DNA of 64,000 bases from Acaryochloridaceae cyanobacterium VAR_48_metabat_390 (GCA_031422435.1 JANPLU010000014.1:1-64000); one strand, 5' to 3'; counted from the stretch's first letter, positions 50,878 through 61,472 are shown. A program made the numbers and translations. Notes: generated by a model not told the origin, from the letters alone.

Positions 50878-51165
50878 ATGGCTATTCCAGTACTTACAAG
50901 CACAGAACTAGACGCTCAACTTAGGCTTCTAGCGGGTTGGTCTATTGAAGACGGAAAGCTTCATAAAGAGTTTCAGTTCAAAGACTTTATTACTGCCTTT
51001 GGATTTATGGCAAGCATGGCGCTGGTGTCCGAAGGAGAGGGGCATCATCCAGAATGGCTCAATATTTATCGCAAAGTAACGGTAGATCTAACCACCCATG
51101 ACGCAGGGGGCATTACCCTCAAAGATATTAGCTGGGCTAAAGCTGCCAATGCGCTGGTGCCCTAA
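50878..51165 (+). CDS. Pterin-4-alpha-carbinolamine dehydratase
   Basis: HHPEW, LTTHDAGGIT. Confidence 0.93.
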   Translation: MAIPVLTSTELDAQLRLLAGWSIEDGKLHKEFQFKDFITAFGFMASMALVSEGEGHHPEWLNIYRKVTVDLTTHDAGGITLKDISWAKAANALVP

Positions 51166-51381
51166 CGTCCAAACAGCGCTCTTCAACATCAGCCACCGCT
51201 GCCTCCCAAAATGATAGAGCGCACTACAGCATGATGATCCGCATCACACCTTTTCCGCCAAGGATGTGACATTCTGTAGCAGGATTAAAAAATATCGTTT
51301 CTTTTCCGGTAACAACGAAATACCGATAACTACGAAACAATTAAAAATAGAGATGTATTTTGCCACGTGCATGAGGTCAGT

Positions 51382-51972
51382 ATGAAGTTCCGAAACATTG
51401 CCTTTGTCTCTACCCTTTCAATGGCTGTGGTCGCGGTATTAGTGGGTGAAATCGCCCAGGCTGCCCCTACCCAAAACAGCAACGCTAAGTTTATCTGCGG
51501 AACGAGCCAAGGGGTACCTGCCACCGTTGCGCTGACGTCTCGAGGCTACGTCCCTGTCGTACGGTGGTCTACCAACTACTTTGGTCGCTCAGGCTATTCT
51601 GCACAGGCTCGTTGCAAAATGGTGTCTGCTAAATTTCAGCAGTATTATCAAAACGGAATGCTGAACTATCTCACACCGTCTTACCAAAATCGTCAGCCTG
51701 TGATCTGCGTTGCCGCATCTAAAGGAGGCCCTTGTGCGGGAGTGTTGTTTACCCTTAAGCCTACGGCTAACCCGATGACAACGCTAAAACAGCTTATGCG
51801 GGTTCGAACTCAAGCCTCAGGCGCAGTTCTAAACGAAAGCACTGCAAGTCCAATCCCAGTGAGCGCCTCAGATGAACGCTATCTAGATATGCAGGAATTT
51901 CTCCAGACAGCGGCAGTAGAGCCAGTCTCTGCTGGGCAAAACATCACATCACCTACAAAGGGGCTGTGGTAA
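51382..51972 (+). CDS. COP23-domain exported protein
   Basis: Signal peptide, FICG, PATVA, RCxxVSxKFQ, PVIC, LFTLKP. Confidence 0.82.
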   Translation: MKFRNIAFVSTLSMAVVAVLVGEIAQAAPTQNSNAKFICGTSQGVPATVALTSRGYVPVVRWSTNYFGRSGYSAQARCKMVSAKFQQYYQNGMLNYLTPSYQNRQPVICVAASKGGPCAGVLFTLKPTANPMTTLKQLMRVRTQASGAVLNESTASPIPVSASDERYLDMQEFLQTAAVEPVSAGQNITSPTKGLW

Positions 51973-52209
51973 CTGACTCAGTGCCTTGCCTAATAGGCTT
52001 CTGCAATGTTTAGCGCTCTAGTGAAGATGGGGGATGATTCGGATTACCCTAACCGGAGCGCATCAATCTTTGTAGTTTTCTATACTATATTTAAGTAAAG
52101 CTAAGATTTGATCAATTGAAGCAAAAGGCTACTTTAGAAAACCTAGCTTCTAAACATCAATCTAATCGGTTTTGCTAGATACAGCGTTAAAACGAGGCAT
52201 AAAGACCCT

Positions 52210-53982
52210 GTGATTGAGTCTTCACTCGGTGCTGAAACATCCCGCAGCAGCACTGTTTTTAAACGGTACGACCCCAAGGCGATCGCCCGATATTACCTTT
52301 GGCGTCCTTGGAAGGTTGTGTGGCGATCGCTCCGAGTTGCGTTCATGTTTGGGTGGTTTATTTGGGGCATCCAGCTCGATAAATCGGTGGGTCAAACAGA
52401 GCAAAATATGCCCCTGCGCGCCATGCAGCTGCGTAAGCTCCTAACGAACCTAGGGCCTACATTTATTAAGATTGGGCAGGCGCTTTCAACCCGACCAGAT
52501 CTGGTTCGGCAAGACTATTTAGAGCAGCTCACACTGCTTCAGGATCAGCTTCCTGCCTTTGAAACCCAAGAAGCATTTGCCATTATCGAGCGTGAATTGC
52601 AGTGCATTGTTGAAGATGCATTCCAAGAAATTTCTCCAACGCCAGTGGCCGCCGCCAGTTTAGGTCAAGTATATAAAGGTCGGCTCTATAGCGGTCAAAC
52701 AGTTGCGATTAAGGTGCAGCGACCTCACCTAGAAAAAAAGCTGACCCTTGATCTTTTCATCATTCGCAATGCTGTAAAAGTCATCGGACGTTGGCTACCC
52801 ATCAACCTCAGCCACGACCTCACCATGATTGTGGATGAATTTGGCGTAAAGCTTTTTGAAGAAATTGATTACCACAATGAAGGGCTAAATGCAGAGCGGT
52901 TTGCCCGCAATTTCCAAAATTCGACCGACGTTAAGGTTCCGGCGATCTACTGGAAGTACAGCAGCAAAAAGGTATTAACCCTAGAGTGGATTGACGGGTT
53001 TAAGCTGTCTGCCACCCAGTGCATTTTAAACGCAAACCTTGAGCCAGACAACCTGATTCGGATTGGAGTTGAGTCAGGGCTACGGCAGCTTTTGGAGTTT
53101 GGGTTTTTTCACGCCGATCCTCATCCCGGCAATTTATTTGTCATGCCCGATGGTCGCATGGCCTACATTGACTTTGGCATGATGGATCAGCTCACTCAAG
53201 AGACCAAAGAAGCGCTGGTAGACGCACTGGTTCACCTGATCAATAAAGATTATGCACGCTTGGCGCAAGACTTTATTCATCTTGGTTTTCTAACGCCAGA
53301 CATCGACGTTACGCCCATTATCCCAGCACTAGAGTGCGTCTTTGCCGATCTGGTTGGCTCCAGCGTTGGTGAATTCAACTTTAAGACTGCCACAGATCGG
53401 TTTTCCGACCTGATGTTCCAGTATCCGTTTCGGATTCCGGCAAAGTTTGCCCTTATCATTCGTTCGCTGGTAACCCAAGAAGGAGTGGCGCTTTGTCTTA
53501 ACCCAGACTTCAAAATTGTTGAGATTAGCTACCCGTATATTGCCAAACGCCTGCTGACCGAAGAATCTCCTGCTTTTCGCCGTCGTCTGATTGAAGTGCT
53601 GTTCAAGGATGGCAAGTTTCAGTGGGAGCGCCTCGAAAACATGATTGAGATCGCCCGTTCTGACCAGTCCTTTGACTTGGTGCCCACCGCACAAATGGGT
53701 TTGCAATACCTATTTTCCGAAGAAAGTCAGTTTCTGCGGCGGCAAATTATTCTGGCGCTCACAGAAGATGATCGGCTCCACACCGCAGAAGTACAGCGAC
53801 TCTGGGCGCTCATCCAGCCCGATCTGCACCCCAGCAAACTGGTCAATGCCGCCTTTGGTGCACTGGCAGATTTCTCAGGAGAGCTAGTCGCCAACCTAAC
53901 GCCTTGGGCTGTGCCTTCCTCCACTGCAGCAAAACCACTAGAACCTCGTGAGCCACAACTCACGGGCCGCAAGCGAGGCTAA
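52210..53982 (+). CDS. ABC1/AarF/UbiB family kinase
   Basis: LGPTFIKIGQ, AAASLGQV, VAIKVQRP, HADPHPGN, DFGMM. Confidence 0.95.
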   Translation: MIESSLGAETSRSSTVFKRYDPKAIARYYLWRPWKVVWRSLRVAFMFGWFIWGIQLDKSVGQTEQNMPLRAMQLRKLLTNLGPTFIKIGQALSTRPDLVRQDYLEQLTLLQDQLPAFETQEAFAIIERELQCIVEDAFQEISPTPVAAASLGQVYKGRLYSGQTVAIKVQRPHLEKKLTLDLFIIRNAVKVIGRWLPINLSHDLTMIVDEFGVKLFEEIDYHNEGLNAERFARNFQNSTDVKVPAIYWKYSSKKVLTLEWIDGFKLSATQCILNANLEPDNLIRIGVESGLRQLLEFGFFHADPHPGNLFVMPDGRMAYIDFGMMDQLTQETKEALVDALVHLINKDYARLAQDFIHLGFLTPDIDVTPIIPALECVFADLVGSSVGEFNFKTATDRFSDLMFQYPFRIPAKFALIIRSLVTQEGVALCLNPDFKIVEISYPYIAKRLLTEESPAFRRRLIEVLFKDGKFQWERLENMIEIARSDQSFDLVPTAQMGLQYLFSEESQFLRRQIILALTEDDRLHTAEVQRLWALIQPDLHPSKLVNAAFGALADFSGELVANLTPWAVPSSTAAKPLEPREPQLTGRKRG

Positions 53983-54062
53983 CCCATCGCTTGTAACGTT
54001 TCATGAAGTGGTAGGATGCAGGAATACTTAAATTCAAGTGCTTCGAGGGAACGCTCCATCTT

Positions 54063-54428
54063 ATGTATTACGATCCCCCCTACTTTTTACTCATTGCAGG
54101 CTTATTTGCGGGCCTTACCTGTGGTCGTGCCTTTGAAGTCACGCTAAGACAGGCTGTCAAAACATGGTCCGAAACCCGTTCCACCCGAATCTTGCAGCAG
54201 CTCCAAGGGTTTTCATTATCTGTCCCGTTCTTGGGCATTTGTGGGGGGATTTGCGTCTTTTTGGCTTCTGGACTTAATATTTTTGGCCTGCCGCTTCAGT
54301 TTAGCTACATCACTTCTAGTGTGCTGACCGTTATGACAGGCGTACTCGTCTGGTCTCAGCTGCGTAACCTGCTCCTGCTGCTCCAGTCAGGTGGGTCACG
54401 CGCCATTGACCTAGACGCACTGGAGTAG
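54063..54428 (+). CDS. Conserved cyanobacterial membrane protein
   Basis: PPYFLL start, three hydrophobic segments, GGSRAIDLD end. Confidence 0.7.
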   Translation: MYYDPPYFLLIAGLFAGLTCGRAFEVTLRQAVKTWSETRSTRILQQLQGFSLSVPFLGICGGICVFLASGLNIFGLPLQFSYITSSVLTVMTGVLVWSQLRNLLLLLQSGGSRAIDLDALE

Positions 54429-54610
54429 AAATCTTAGCAATTAAAATCGTGGCTACAAAACGATGTCTGCCTAAAGCTACAAGCTGCTACGCAAGCACGA
54501 GCTTAGGAAGGGTGTAAAGGTGTGGATTTGGTCTGCTTTTGCAGACTTTGCTCCTGTAGCCCCGAATTGATTAGGAGGGTTTCAAGGATTCATGCAAGAG
54601 GTTTATGCTG

Positions 54611-54958
54611 TTAATCCCAGCCTTCGATCTGATTTACTGAAGTAGAACTCTGAATCTCACCACTTAAAAGCTCCCTAAGCTGCATTCTTGGAATGTAAGG
54701 CCATCCGCCTTCGGCCTCTATTTCTCGAAGCATGGCGTATAGCTCATGGCGATGAATCGGAAGTGCAGACTGAAAGTGAAGCTCTCGAACCTCCTGGTGC
54801 AGATTCTCTAAAAAGCGTAGGATTTTGAGCAAGGATACGGGGTCTGTTTGAGATCGATCTACAAGCTGATGCAGATGAGCTGTGATCGCACGAAAGTCTT
54901 CTTGAAATAGATGATCTTCTTCTTCAGGCATCTGCACTAAAATTTCTTCAAAACACAA
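54611..54958 (-). CDS. Conserved cyanobacterial hypothetical protein
   Basis: LRFLENLH, GGWPYIPRMQL; start uncertain. Confidence 0.65.
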   Translation of the reverse strand: MCFEEILVQMPEEEDHLFQEDFRAITAHLHQLVDRSQTDPVSLLKILRFLENLHQEVRELHFQSALPIHRHELYAMLREIEAEGGWPYIPRMQLRELLSGEIQSSTSVNQIEGWD

Positions 54959-54978
54959 TCAAGCATAGCTTAAACCCT

Positions 54979-55686
54979 GTGGCAACAACCTGTTTAATCA
55001 GCGGCACCGATACGGGTGTGGGCAAAACCATCGTCACGTCTGCGCTGGCAGCGTACCTCAGTACTTTTTATCCTCAGCAGAAAGTCGCTATTTTTAAGCC
55101 CATTCAGTCTGGGGTGGGTGATCGCGAGCATTACGCCAAGCAGTTTAACCTGTCTCAAACGCTAGCGCAAATCACGCCGCTCTATTTTGATGCACCTTTA
55201 GCACCCCCTCTAGCCGCTGCTGCTGAGGGCAAAACCATTGACCTGGGGTTAGCTTGGCAAACCTTTCAAACCCTTCAGCAAAGCCATGACTGGGTGTTGG
55301 TAGAGGGTGTCGGCGGCCTAGGTTCCCCTATCACCGCTGAGCTGACTGTCGCAGATTTAGCCTATGACTGGAAATTGCCGACGATTTTAGTAGTTCCGGT
55401 TCGATTGGGTGCGATTGGACAGGCGATCGCTCAGGTCGCCCTTGCCAAGCAGTCTCGCGTTAACATTCGGGGCTTGATTTTAAGCTGTCCCGAGCCATGC
55501 TCAACGCAAGACATTGAGAATTGGGCATCTATTGATCTACTAGAATCATTCACCCGCTGCCCCGTGCTGGGGATTTTGCCTTACCAAAACGATTGTTCGC
55601 TACAGAACCTTAGCCTAGCTGCCGCAAAGTGGGATATTGAAACACTGCTTCCCCATGCTGCCGCTCATCGACTCAAAACAGGCTGA
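54979..55686 (+). CDS. bioD: Dethiobiotin synthase
   Basis: GTDTGVGKT, KPIQSG, VEGVGGL. Confidence 0.93.
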   Translation: MATTCLISGTDTGVGKTIVTSALAAYLSTFYPQQKVAIFKPIQSGVGDREHYAKQFNLSQTLAQITPLYFDAPLAPPLAAAAEGKTIDLGLAWQTFQTLQQSHDWVLVEGVGGLGSPITAELTVADLAYDWKLPTILVVPVRLGAIGQAIAQVALAKQSRVNIRGLILSCPEPCSTQDIENWASIDLLESFTRCPVLGILPYQNDCSLQNLSLAAAKWDIETLLPHAAAHRLKTG

Positions 55687-56258
55687 AACAGTCTCTGAAT
55701 ATAAAGCTTCAGCATTAGGTAAAGCGGGATTTGATAATATTCCAAGCTAAACCACGCCACAATAGAGCTGTGAGATAAAAACGTCAGCCCAGTCCACAGC
55801 AACGGAAATGATGTGCCGCCGCCATCTGGGTTGGGCAACGGCGGAAAAGTATGGTTAGCAAGCCAAACCAGTGCTGTGGGCACCAGCACAAACGCAAGGC
55901 TAAACCCCCAAAGCAGCAGCAGCGACTCATCCGTAACCACGCTTCGAGCCGAAACCCAGCGATCGCCCGTCCATCGCCATTGAAGTGGCTGAGCTGTATC
56001 TTCAAGTCGCAGGTATTGGTGGGGCATATTTATCGTAAAGATATGACGACAAAACCCACAGGAAAAAGCGTCTACCAAAAACAGCCCCTCGATTTGACCA
56101 TAACGACAAACCGGACAGGGATAGCGATGGTCAAAATCTAACGACTGCTTCACAATCGGCAAGTCGGGTTGCTCTGACGCTTTAGCATTAGTCATAGACC
56201 TTCGCCATAAATTGGAGTCCATAGCGTTTGAACGCTTGCTGTACCTTTGGGTCAGCAA
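55665..56258 (-). CDS. Hypothetical membrane protein with CxxC zinc-ribbon-like N-terminus
   Basis: CPVCR...CGFCRH followed by two TM segments; start uncertain. Confidence 0.65.
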   Translation of the reverse strand: MLTQRYSKRSNAMDSNLWRRSMTNAKASEQPDLPIVKQSLDFDHRYPCPVCRYGQIEGLFLVDAFSCGFCRHIFTINMPHQYLRLEDTAQPLQWRWTGDRWVSARSVVTDESLLLLWGFSLAFVLVPTALVWLANHTFPPLPNPDGGGTSFPLLWTGLTFLSHSSIVAWFSLEYYQIPLYLMLKLYIQRLFQPVLSR

Positions 56259-56480
56259 TAAAAACGGTAGAAGGAGCAGCAGCAGCTCTATCAGCAGCTT
56301 AACAAGCTTTTCTTCTACCGTGCCTCCATCATTCTGAGATTGAAGACCTTCGCAATAAACTTTGTTTAAGTTCTGTTTTTATGAGGGTTGTTTTAAAAAA
56401 CGCCTGAGGCAGATGACTTTGATGGAAGACTTGAAGAACCCAGAGAATAGGGCTTTTAGCTAAACTTGACGGAAGATAAC

Positions 56481-56702
56481 CTACAGCGCAAGCTCAGAAT
56501 CGTTGCTAGAGTCACTAATGGTTAAGGTTTTTAGCTCCGTCAGCAGCGCTTCGACCTGCGCTCTTAAGTGCAGAAACTCTTCTTGGTGACTGGCTTGGTA
56601 CTGTTGCTGAATGGTTCGCACTGTGCGCTCATCTACGATCTGACCTTCAGAAGAAGCCAGAGTTGCGTCACTGGGCATTTTAATAGGGTTAATAACAGGC
56701 AT
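56481..56702 (-). CDS. Small hypothetical protein
   Basis: ATG-initiated 73-aa ORF with YQ..HQ..FL.L..QVE.LL amphipathic helix; fills the intergenic gap. Confidence 0.5.
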   Translation of the reverse strand: MPVINPIKMPSDATLASSEGQIVDERTVRTIQQQYQASHQEEFLHLRAQVEALLTELKTLTISDSSNDSELAL

Positions 56703-56936
56703 TTTGATTAGTTATTTATACTTATTTGCATGCACAAAAAAGCATTGTAGCGCCAACCTGTCCTCATGATCGCAACCTATGTGACAAATTACAAAGGGAC
56801 TGTTGCCGATGCTGCCCTTTTAGGCAGGGTTCCCTTTAGTCTAGCCCCGCGCCGCCGCTACCCTATGGGTTTTCGTTTGGGTAGAGTCTAAGCAGGGTAC
56901 ACTGAAGGGAATAATCCATTCAATTTTGCATAGACT

Positions 56937-58028
56937 GTGACTTCCAGCCTACGTTCAACCGCCGCTCCAGTTCAGTATTGGCCGGGACTGATTGAAGCTT
57001 ATCGACGTTACCTGCCCGTTTCTGACAGTACGCCCATTGTCACACTCCATGAAGGCAACACGCCGCTGATTCCGGCTCCGGCGATCGCCAGCCGTATTGG
57101 TCGTGAGGTCAAGGTCTACCTTAAATATGACGGACTCAACCCGACGGGCAGCTTTAAAGACCGAGGCATGACCCTCGCCGTCACCAAAGCCAAAGAAGAA
57201 GGTTCCAAAGCCGTTATTTGCGCCAGCACAGGCAACACCTCTGCCGCCGCTGCTGCCTATGCCCTTCGGGGTGGGCTTAAAGCCTTTGTTATTATTCCAG
57301 ATGGCTATGTGGCGCAGGGTAAGCTCGCTCAGGCTTTACTCTACGGCGCTGAAGTGATTTCCATTCAGGGCAACTTTGACAGTGCCCTCAGAATTGTGCG
57401 GGAAATGGCGGAAACCCATCCTGTTACGCTGGTTAATTCTGTCAATCCCTATCGACTAGAAGGCCAAAAGACAGCCGCATTTGAAGTGGTAGACGCGCTG
57501 GGTGATGCCCCCGACTGGCTGTGCATCCCTGTGGGCAATGCAGGCAACATTACCGCGTATTGGATGGGTTTTTGTCAGTATCACCAAGAGCAACGATGCC
57601 AGCGGCTCCCCCACATGATGGGTTTCCAGGCGGCAGGTTCGGCTCCTATGGTTTTGGGACATCCTGTTGAGCATCCCGACACCTTGGCAACTGCCATTCG
57701 TATCGGCAACCCTGCCAATCAAGAAAAGGCGATCGCCGTTCAGCACGCCAGCCAAGGTGCCTTTAATGCCGTCACGGATGACGAAATTCTAGATGCCTAC
57801 AGAATTCTGGCCGCAGAAGAAGGTATCTTTTGTGAGCCTGCCAGCGCGGCCTCTGTAGCGGGGCTGCTAAAGCTCAAAGATCGGGTACCCGCTGGCGGAA
57901 CCGTTGTTTGCGTCTTGACGGGCAATGGTCTAAAAGATCCTGACATAGCACTGAGTCAGAAATCAGAGCGGTATTACCGAGGTGTCACCCCAACCTTAGA
58001 CTCTGTTGCCGCCGCCATGGGGTTTTGA
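56937..58028 (+). CDS. thrC: Threonine synthase
   Basis: [38 protein letters not shown]. Confidence 0.96.
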   Translation: MTSSLRSTAAPVQYWPGLIEAYRRYLPVSDSTPIVTLHEGNTPLIPAPAIASRIGREVKVYLKYDGLNPTGSFKDRGMTLAVTKAKEEGSKAVICASTGNTSAAAAAYALRGGLKAFVIIPDGYVAQGKLAQALLYGAEVISIQGNFDSALRIVREMAETHPVTLVNSVNPYRLEGQKTAAFEVVDALGDAPDWLCIPVGNAGNITAYWMGFCQYHQEQRCQRLPHMMGFQAAGSAPMVLGHPVEHPDTLATAIRIGNPANQEKAIAVQHASQGAFNAVTDDEILDAYRILAAEEGIFCEPASAASVAGLLKLKDRVPAGGTVVCVLTGNGLKDPDIALSQKSERYYRGVTPTLDSVAAAMGF

Positions 58029-58153
58029 GCGTTGCGTTTGCCGCAAGAAGCAAATTCTACCAAAGGAACTTGAGCGATTAAAATCTCAGAAATTCAGGAG
58101 TGCCTTCACTCTGTGAATTCAGATATTGCCAATCACTCACCTTCCTAAAAATA

Positions 58154-58189
58154 ATATTTTCTGGAGAATCATGATTCTCCAGAAAATAT
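58154..58189. repeat. Perfect 36-bp palindrome
   Basis: ATATTTTCTGGAGAATCATGATTCTCCAGAAAATAT equals its own reverse complement. Confidence 0.97.
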
Positions 58190-58282
58190 GGGTCTTTTTG
58201 CTAAGACTATCCCAAATTATCAATCTGTGTTTATAATACTAACTGGGCTATCGATCCCCCCGTATAGCTCGGTCAAGTCCTC

Positions 58283-58378
58283 GAAACGGCAACTTGTCTT
58301 GAAAAAGCAAGGCGCAAATTAGTAGACCTAATCCTTTGCCGTTAGGCATTGAGGCAAGGACGCTACTAATACCGAAAG
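58283..58378 (+). ncRNA. c-di-GMP-I (GEMM)-like riboswitch aptamer
   Basis: GGCAA-stem-GAAA tetraloop-stem-GCGCAAA-TTAGTAG-CCTAA receptor-hairpin-CTACTAA-TACCGAA follows the GEMM layout; TATAAT at 58232-58237 upstream. Confidence 0.65.
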
Positions 58379-58551
58379 GACTTTCTTTCAGAACTTGACC
58401 CGATGGCTGAAAGTATTGGTGCTGCTACGCTCTCTACAAACTTCGCTGAATCTTAATAGATTCAATGCTGCACCTCAAAATAAGCCAACCTCAACATATT
58501 TTGATGGGTGACCTAAGCGTTACTCTATTTATCCATACATATATTTCTTGG

Positions 58552-59478
58552 CTATAGTAAAGCCGTTTCTTGAAGTACACGCTTTCCTTCAGTCTGTAGA
58601 TATTTAAAAAATGTCTGAGCAACCACCGATAGATGTTTTCCCTTAGGGTGAACAATATGCCAATGCCTTGGAATCGGAAACCCTTCAACATTTAAGATTG
58701 CAATTTGTCCTGTCTGGCCTTCTAATGCCATACAGTGCCGCGATAGCACTGAAATACCCAGACCGCCAGCCACCGCCTGTTTAATAGCTTCATTGCTGCC
58801 TAGTTCTAAGCGAACCCGAATACTGATATTGTGCGCGTCAAAAAGCTGCTCCACAGCCTGTCGTGTCCCAGATCCTGGCTCTCGCATAATGAAAGATTCG
58901 TTATTCAGACGCTCTAACGGAATATCCCCCGTTCCCGCAAGGGGATGATGACGTGACGCAATGACCACAAGCGGGTTCTCTAAAAATGGCTGGCTGAAGA
59001 CATCCATCATTTCAGGAACCTGACTGGGGATATAAAGATCATCCAGGTTTTCTTTGAGGCGCTCTAAGATGTTCTCGTGATTGGTTACAATGAGCGCCAC
59101 GTCTATGCCAGGGTACTGCCGACAAAAAGGCCCCAACAGCCTGGGGATGACATATTTAGCCGTGGTAACAACGGAGAGCCTAAGTTGCCCTTGTTGAAGT
59201 CCCTGAAGGTCTGAGACGGTCATGTCAAACTGGTCTAGCCGCTCAAAAATATCTTGACAGGTGCTCAATAGCGCTCGACCTGCTTCTGTGAGGTAGAGGC
59301 GCTTGCCTACCTGCTCAAACAGCGGTAGCCCTACTGCTTTAGTCAACTGCTTCATCTGGATAGAAACGGTTGGCTGGGTTAAAAACAGCTCTTCTGCCGC
59401 TCTTGTAAAGCTTCCCCGCCGTGCGGTCACTTCAAAGACCTTGAGCTGGTGAAAGGTCACTTGTTTCACTACAACCAT
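58552..59478 (-). CDS. LysR regulator of the CbbR subfamily (CmpR/NdhR-like)
   Basis: TFHQLKVF...SFTRAAEELFLTQPTVS, VVTTAKY, REPGSGTR, LGSNEAIKQ. Confidence 0.93.
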   Translation of the reverse strand: MVVVKQVTFHQLKVFEVTARRGSFTRAAEELFLTQPTVSIQMKQLTKAVGLPLFEQVGKRLYLTEAGRALLSTCQDIFERLDQFDMTVSDLQGLQQGQLRLSVVTTAKYVIPRLLGPFCRQYPGIDVALIVTNHENILERLKENLDDLYIPSQVPEMMDVFSQPFLENPLVVIASRHHPLAGTGDIPLERLNNESFIMREPGSGTRQAVEQLFDAHNISIRVRLELGSNEAIKQAVAGGLGISVLSRHCMALEGQTGQIAILNVEGFPIPRHWHIVHPKGKHLSVVAQTFFKYLQTEGKRVLQETALL

Positions 59479-59501
59479 TCCTGACTGCGGATATCTATTG
59501 A

Positions 59502-59635
59502 TAGATCTCTTACATCAATCCTCGCCCCCTCATCCCAACCCTTCTCCCATCAGGGGAGAAGGGCTAATTTCGGCTCCCCTCTCCCCTTGTGGGAGAGGGG
59601 CTGGGGGTGAGGGTCAAAGTTAGGCAAGAGGTCTA
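59502..59635. repeat. Palindromic MITE-like element
   Basis: Ends TAGATCTCTTAC / GCAAGAGGTCTA; internal hairpins CCCTTCTCCC..GGGGAGAAGGG and CCCCTCTCCC..GGGAGAGGGG; outer CCCTCATCCC / GGGGTGAGGG. Confidence 0.65.
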
Positions 59636-59694
59636 TTGATAAAAATCTAGCACGGCAAGAATAAGCGCTAGCTTTTATCTATGGAAATTTGGGG

Positions 59695-61071
59695 CTATGG
59701 AGCTTGAGTAGGTGCATGAGATGCCGCTCCGACATGGACGGTCTTAACCCAGTTGAATCGCTTGGCACGAATAGACATCCGAGCCGTAACGCTCGCAACC
59801 ACCACCAGCCAGTGAGACATATACACCGTTCCGAGGATAGACCCAAACGTGATTTGAGCAAGGTTAAGGGGCTGATTCTGGACTTTGCCAATGCGATTGA
59901 GCGCGGCAAACATGCCTACTAAAGAAAGGCTTGTGGTTAAGAGTGAGAGCGGCAGCAAGACGGGCGGCTGACCATACCAAGCCGCGAGCAGTGTATCTGG
60001 AATGACGGCGGTTGGTAAAATGTACTGGATCAGCCAAAAAATGACGAGATCTAGGGTTTTACGAAAACCCATGCGGTTGTTGAGGATGAGCGGCCAGTAG
60101 TCTAAATAGCGCTGATAGCCACCTTCTGCCCAGCGATTGCGCTGGTGCCATAGGCCAAGGGTGCGCGTAACCCCTTCTTCTTGGACAAAAGGCGAGACGA
60201 CGGAGGCGATGTTCCAACCGTCTAGGTGAAGCCGAAATGTGAGGTCTAGGTCGTCTGTAATGGTGTCTTCGTTCCAGCCACCACAGCGCTCTAGGGCCGT
60301 GCGACGCACAAATTGCCCATTGCCCCGCAGTTCCCCAATGCCGCCGAAAGCGTTTCTGCGCTCATGCAGAAAGGAATCGAACATCATCTCGATGCTTTGG
60401 CCTTTGGTCCAAAAGTTGACCTCAGCGTTGGCGATCGCCTTGCGCACCTGCACCGCGCCCACCTCGACTGGCTCAAAGTAAGGCAGTACCGCCCGCAGCA
60501 GATTGTCTGCAACCTGCGCGTCCGCATCAAAAACGCCAATAAAATCACCCTTTAGCAGCGGCAGAACCTGATTGAGCGCACCTGACTTGCCCCCCTTGGC
60601 CTCTGCACCCCGCCGCAGCCAGTGAAAATTTGGGTAGCGCTGGGGTAACTCAGCCAGCAGCAGGGGAGTGCGATCGCCGCTGTTGTCATCTACTACCCAT
60701 AGCTCGTAGCGCGACGCTGGGTAGTCAAGGGCACAGAGCTTTTCAACCAAGGATGTAATAACGGCTTCTTCATCTTTAGCCGCCACTACCAAAGAAATAA
60801 ACGGATACGATTCCGGTGGGGAATCTAAGGAAACAGGGTCTGGAATCGAGACTGGACGAGTGCCAAGCAGCCTCAGGAGATGAACGCCCATTAAAGTTGT
60901 GAGGCCAATGGGAACCCAGAACCCTCTAACACTCAGATGAAGCGCAAAGACGCTTGCCCACACCGCCACTAGTAGCAAAGCCGCCTTACGCCGCCGACCT
61001 TCACTTTTCGGATAATCCTGAAGCCAATCAGGGTCACTCGGCCACACACCTTCTTCAGAAACCTTCAGCAC
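59695..61071 (-). CDS. mgdA: GT2 glycosyltransferase, monoglucosyldiacylglycerol synthase-like
   Basis: GRRRKAA N-terminus, GGKSGALN, FDAD, TDDLD, QRNRWAEGG. Confidence 0.8.
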   Translation of the reverse strand: MLKVSEEGVWPSDPDWLQDYPKSEGRRRKAALLLVAVWASVFALHLSVRGFWVPIGLTTLMGVHLLRLLGTRPVSIPDPVSLDSPPESYPFISLVVAAKDEEAVITSLVEKLCALDYPASRYELWVVDDNSGDRTPLLLAELPQRYPNFHWLRRGAEAKGGKSGALNQVLPLLKGDFIGVFDADAQVADNLLRAVLPYFEPVEVGAVQVRKAIANAEVNFWTKGQSIEMMFDSFLHERRNAFGGIGELRGNGQFVRRTALERCGGWNEDTITDDLDLTFRLHLDGWNIASVVSPFVQEEGVTRTLGLWHQRNRWAEGGYQRYLDYWPLILNNRMGFRKTLDLVIFWLIQYILPTAVIPDTLLAAWYGQPPVLLPLSLLTTSLSLVGMFAALNRIGKVQNQPLNLAQITFGSILGTVYMSHWLVVVASVTARMSIRAKRFNWVKTVHVGAASHAPTQAP

Positions 61072-61472
61072 GAAATAAACCTCTGCCCTTCAGAAATAAT
61101 GCTTTGGCAAGCCGTCACGCTTAGCATTGACGGGATTGACGGTCAGTCTGCACCCATTCACTTAATGACTCCCCCTACAACGTTTTATACCCAAGCCAGT
61201 CGCAAGAATGACAGGATTAGAAAGATTAAGGGAAAAATTTAAACAGCAGGTGAGTCTCTTAATCGTTCGAGTCGTTTTGGGAGGCAAAATGGGTTCAATG
61301 GTCATAGGGATGGCGCAAAAGCGTCAGCAATAAAGCCTGAGCTTGCCCTTGTAACACCATACCCTAGATGAGCTAACGCCTAAATGAATTGCTCCACAAC
61401 CAGACCTTGACTGCTACCCTAGCGGGAAACCCAGAGACTCTCAAGCAAACGTTATTTTATAGGAATCATAGA

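Noticed and set aside
56264..56322. Inverted repeat ACGGTAGAAG / CTTCTACCGT with internal AGC repeats
   Set aside because: Short stem with a large loop; no recognisable RNA family
58245..58440. Possible tRNA, SRP, 6S or tmRNA
   Set aside because: No cloverleaf/TpsiC arm or other diagnostic motif; the GEMM-like layout fits better
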